A DNA stretch of 64,000 bases from Synechococcus sp. GTDB taxonomy: Bacteria > Cyanobacteriota > Cyanobacteriia > PCC-6307 > Cyanobiaceae. Positions 59,973-64,000 of this stretch are shown here, one piece after another. The first letter of the stretch is position 1. Each line of letters opens with the position of its first letter. The DNA lies in the NCBI GenBank assembly GCA_047285535.1, contig JBJBDC010000001.1, positions 2,144,136-2,208,135 on the forward strand, read 5' to 3'. A model generated the notes under the pieces. It was given only the letters and a program-made list of their open reading frames with translations. It searched no databases and was not told where the DNA came from. The translations under genes and the position numbers were made by a program.

Positions 59973-61178
59973 TCAATACCGATGCTTGGCTGCCCACAAA
60001 CGTGAAGGCAAACCCCAGATATAAATAAATCCCTCGGCAGCGCGATGATCAAACTTGTCTTCGCTGCCGTACGAGGCCATTTCCGGTACGTACAAACTAC
60101 TGGTTTTTGAAGCTCTCCCAATGATCGTGGCATTCCCCTTGTGCAACCTCAGACGGACGACCCCATTCACATAGGTTTGGGTTCGATCCATGAAGCCATC
60201 AAGAGCATCCTTCAGGGGACCAAACCAAAGACCCTGATAGACGAGATCGGCCCACTGCATCTCAAGCTGGCGCTTGCTCCGCAAAACATCGGCAGCGAGG
60301 GTGAGGCTCTCAAGTTCCTGATGAGCCTGGATCAAGAGCAATAAACCAGGCGTTTCGTAAATCTCCCGACTTTTAATCCCAACCACACGGTTCTCGATCA
60401 TGTCGAGACGACCAATGCCATGGTGACCCGCCAAGAAATTGGCTTCCCGGATCAAACTCACAGGATCCAGCCGTTTGCCGTTAATTGACACCGGATTGCC
60501 GGATTCGAAGAGGATCTCGATGTCCTCTGCATGATCAGGCGCCTGATCAACCGAACGGGTCATCGCAAAGACCTCCTCTGGTGGCGCCACCATTGGATCT
60601 TCCAAAGGACCAGCTTCGACGCTGCGACCGAGCAGATTCAGATCGATGGAATAGGGCATCTTTTTACTCACCGGAGCAGGAATCCCGCAACGTTCTCCGT
60701 AGGCAATCGTTTCTTCCCTACTCATTCCCCACTCACGAGCAGGAGTCAAAACTTTCAAATCAGGTGCTAGAGCGGCGATCGCAACATCGAAACGCACCTG
60801 ATCGTTGCCTTTACCCGTGCAGCCATGCGCAACAGCATCAGCACCCACATCTCGTGCCACCTCAACAAGACGACGGGCAATCAAGGGACGTGCCAAGGCC
60901 GTTGAGAGAGGGTAGCGACCTTCGTATAGAGCATTCGCGCGAATCGCAGGGAACGCAAATTCCTCAATAAATGGCTGGATCAAGTTTCCAACCAGAGACT
61001 GACTGGCTCCAGCCTCCAGTGCTTTAAGTCGTATCGGTTCTAGTTCGTCACCCTGACCGAGATCCGCAGCGAAGGTAATCACCTCCTCCACACCCCACTC
61101 CTGCTTGAGATAAGGAATGCAGACGCTGGTATCCACACCACCGGAATATGCGAGAACGACCTTGCTTGCGCGTCCCAT
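59973..61178 (-). CDS. argG: Argininosuccinate synthase
   Basis: [37 protein letters not shown]. Confidence 0.99.
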   Translation of the reverse strand: MGRASKVVLAYSGGVDTSVCIPYLKQEWGVEEVITFAADLGQGDELEPIRLKALEAGASQSLVGNLIQPFIEEFAFPAIRANALYEGRYPLSTALARPLIARRLVEVARDVGADAVAHGCTGKGNDQVRFDVAIAALAPDLKVLTPAREWGMSREETIAYGERCGIPAPVSKKMPYSIDLNLLGRSVEAGPLEDPMVAPPEEVFAMTRSVDQAPDHAEDIEILFESGNPVSINGKRLDPVSLIREANFLAGHHGIGRLDMIENRVVGIKSREIYETPGLLLLIQAHQELESLTLAADVLRSKRQLEMQWADLVYQGLWFGPLKDALDGFMDRTQTYVNGVVRLRLHKGNATIIGRASKTSSLYVPEMASYGSEDKFDHRAAEGFIYIWGLPSRLWAAKHRY

Positions 61179-61432
61179 CAAGTGGACTCCTGCTCTGAAT
61201 CAGATTGCAATGATTCTCCCCTCTCGCCGGCCAAGGAGGACGGTTGTAGCGACCGCCTGGCCAACCAGAACAGCCAAATGGCCATCAACAGCGCAGGAAT
61301 AACAAGCAAGATAAGCACTGGCACTGGATTCACCACCAACGGATCGGGATGCAAACGCCCCCAGTTCCACAAGCCAAAACTCACCAACAAAGCTCCGCCC
61401 CAAACGAGCAGAAGGAGCCACACCTTGCTCAA
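61178..61432 (-). CDS. Small two-TM hypothetical protein
   Basis: Two hydrophobic segments; stop overlaps the argG ATG. Confidence 0.6.
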   Translation of the reverse strand: MSKVWLLLLVWGGALLVSFGLWNWGRLHPDPLVVNPVPVLILLVIPALLMAIWLFWLARRSLQPSSLAGERGESLQSDSEQEST

Positions 61433-61485
61433 GACACTTCCTCAGGACAGCTTTCATCTATGATCATGGATTATGGAAATGGACC

Positions 61486-61749
61486 TTGTCGTCAGAGATA
61501 ATCGCCCTCGACAGCATTAATCCAGCCCTGACCCGTTATGGGCGGAACGAACCCGCTCCTGTTCTGCCTTTACGCGAAGAGCCAGATCTGCTGAGCTGGC
61601 TTGAAACAAGCGGACGTCTTGTGGAAGATGAGGAATCAAGCTCTCCTGAAGTGAGCACCGTGGAAGAAGAAGAACTTTCCGCGCTGATGGGAGAGAAAGA
61701 GGATTACAACGCTGCTGATGAGCAAAACGAAGAGAATTGGGAAGACTGA
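61486..61749 (+). CDS. Conserved acidic cyanobacterial protein (DUF3134-like)
   Basis: NPALTRYGRNEPAPVLPL..LLSWLETSGRL; upstream of mraY. Confidence 0.8.
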   Translation: MSSEIIALDSINPALTRYGRNEPAPVLPLREEPDLLSWLETSGRLVEDEESSSPEVSTVEEEELSALMGEKEDYNAADEQNEENWED

Positions 61750-61782
61750 TTTAAGGTCCCTCCCCTAAAGCGCCAAAGGGAT

Positions 61783-62880
61783 GTGAACAACAAACCAGAG
61801 ACTCCTGCTCCCCTGAATGGGAAGGTCTCTGCGGTATTGCTAGCGATTGTTGTATATGCAGCAAGCTTCGCAGCAGACCGCTGGATCCCTAACAGCCTGC
61901 TCAGCCTTCCCTTATTGATCGCGACGCTGACGACCGCGACCATTACTGGATGGGGAGTACCCCACCTGCATGCTTTAAAACTTGGTCAGGTCATCAGAGA
62001 AGAGGGACCACAAACCCATCTGAACAAATCAGGTACTCCCACGATGGGCGGATTACTCGTGGTGCCAATCGGGGTCATTGTGGGCGGGCTGATCAGTTGG
62101 AGTGGTCAACCCGCTGAACAACTTGTAGCCGTGGCGTTCATCACTCTCGCTTATATGGTGATTGGTGGAGTTGATGACTGGCGCAGTCTTACTAAGCAAA
62201 CCAATACTGGTTTAACCCCTCGAGGCAAATTATGTCTCCAAGCCTTGGCCGCAGGCATCTTTTTGATCTGGGCAGGTATGCGAGGTTGGGTCAGTGGCGA
62301 CGTGGCCTTGCCGTTTGACATCAGCCTTCCATTGAGTTGGCTGATTTGGCCGCTGGCCCTATTTGTCTTTTTAGCTGAGAGCAATGCCACCAACCTCACC
62401 GACGGCTTGGATGGTCTTGCTGCAGGCTGCGGTGCCTTGGTGTTCACCGGAATGGCACTGCAATTGATGCTTCGCGGCAATAACGGAGATCCCAACCTTG
62501 CTGCATTCTGCATGGCCATGGCGGGCTGTTGGATTGGTTTCCTAGTGCACAACCGCAAGCCAGCAAGAGTATTTATGGGCGACACAGGCTCTCTGGCGAT
62601 GGGAGCCTCACTCACCGCCGTCTCACTGCTATCCAACAGCCTTTGGCCACTGCTGGTGATGGGGGGAGTCTTTTTAGCAGAATCATTATCGGTCATTATT
62701 CAAGTCTGGGTTTTTAAAGCAACCAAACAAGCTGATGGAACTGGACACAGAGTGTTCCGCATGTCACCTCTGCACCATCACTTTGAATTAGGAGGAATGC
62801 CAGAAGAATCTGTAGTGGGATTGTTCTGGATCGTAAATACAGTTCTCATTCTACTAGGAATAGCCTTCCGGCCTTTTTAG
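61783..62880 (+). CDS. mraY: Phospho-N-acetylmuramoyl-pentapeptide transferase
   Basis: [45 protein letters not shown]. Confidence 0.98.
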   Translation: MNNKPETPAPLNGKVSAVLLAIVVYAASFAADRWIPNSLLSLPLLIATLTTATITGWGVPHLHALKLGQVIREEGPQTHLNKSGTPTMGGLLVVPIGVIVGGLISWSGQPAEQLVAVAFITLAYMVIGGVDDWRSLTKQTNTGLTPRGKLCLQALAAGIFLIWAGMRGWVSGDVALPFDISLPLSWLIWPLALFVFLAESNATNLTDGLDGLAAGCGALVFTGMALQLMLRGNNGDPNLAAFCMAMAGCWIGFLVHNRKPARVFMGDTGSLAMGASLTAVSLLSNSLWPLLVMGGVFLAESLSVIIQVWVFKATKQADGTGHRVFRMSPLHHHFELGGMPEESVVGLFWIVNTVLILLGIAFRPF

Positions 62881-64000
62881 TAAGACCACTCTCCCAAAAA
62901 GGATGGGTACTCATAATTCTATTACTTAATCAATATGGAACAAAATATCACCTATCAACATACATTCAACACTCGCTGGAGGCAGGGCAAAAAGAGAAAG
63001 TGCCAGAAACGCGCGGAAATCCACCATCGCTCGCCTAAAAGCCTATATCAGGCATTAAAAATATCTACCAGACCATCCCATACCTGACCAATCCATGTTC
63101 ATTAAAAATGATAATTCAAGTACAGCGGCATCAGCCAATCCACCGTATAGGATGCATCATCAATTCACAAAAACATAATCTCTGAAGGTCAAAGATCACC
63201 CTCAAAAATTGAAATATTCCAACTTGAAAAACAGTTAACACAATTTCTTTTACCATAAACCATCTTTAGACACCAAGACGCCCAGCTTTTCTAAACCAAT
63301 AAGGTCTTACGTTGGCTCAATATTGGCTTTTCCATAACAAAACCATTGTTACCCCTTCAGATGTATTAACGCATGTAAACACCTATCAGGTCAATAATTA
63401 ATGCACTTAATGTCGACTTAGCCATCCAAGTCATTTTACAATAGTCGCAGAAAAATCTAATGAACTTAAGCAATAAAACTAGATTAAATACTTACACTGC
63501 TGAACCAATTCATAACCTAATCAGACTATCTATTCAAACATATACAACTCTCAACAAGTAATTGAATGATCAGACTTGAATTCATTTTTCGTGACAACAA
63601 GAAGCATTTCCCGCTCTTTCCAATCTAGAAGTGGCCCTAAGACAAATAATCATAGCATCCGAAAAGAATATGGTTGAATCATAAGCAAGCCACGACATTT
63701 GAATCTCTGAAAATCAGTCACAAAAAACATGCTGATTAAAGAATAATTGGGGACTCATGTGTTGCTACAAAAACGGACCAATCGTGCCGAAGGTAAGGAT
63801 TGTTTGTGACGACTTAGCGACTCATCCGTTTGCTAAATCGATGATCAAAGGAGGTATAATGTGCGAAGAGCTGGGAATAGAGGAATAAAGGTGAAGGTTC
63901 AGAGGAAGGTGAAGAGGGTTGGGGGTTAAAGGAAAAGCCACACCAGACATGAAAAGATTGAAACTTTGAACAATGAAATTCAGAAGTCAACACAGTATAA

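Overview
64-kb window of a marine picocyanobacterial chromosome, most likely marine Synechococcus (inferred from gene content and order). About 1-32.4 kb is a nitrogen-assimilation supercluster: urea ABC transporter (urtABC plus the 5' end of urtD), urease (ureEFG divergent from ureDABC), a class I glutamine amidotransferase overlapping the ureC stop, a circularly permuted ATP-grasp/alpha-E/transglutaminase operon, a cupin, molybdopterin genes (moaA, mobA, moaC, moeA, moaE, moaD, moaB), nrtP-narB-narM, a siroheme pair (cobA plus CbiX-like), nirA-focA-nirX-like, cynS and a TrpD/CnaT-like gene. Several NtcA boxes (GTA-N8-TAC) and small unannotated ORFs are interspersed. The right half is mostly housekeeping (ppk1, group-2 sigma factor, DAHP synthase, acnB, ClC, radical SAM, purU, psbQ, pstS, dnaK, aroE, Tic20, rpsF, argG, mraY). 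It is interrupted by an eroded MFS pseudogene and a 1968-aa metzincin protease/adhesin with four identical 318-bp repeats and an 855-bp-period duplication. No tRNA, rRNA, CRISPR array, transposase or integrase was recognised. The best candidate for an under-characterised system is the ATP-grasp/alpha-E/transglutaminase (plus GATase) peptide-ligase module embedded in the nitrogen cluster. All family assignments come from motif recognition by eye; no searches were run.
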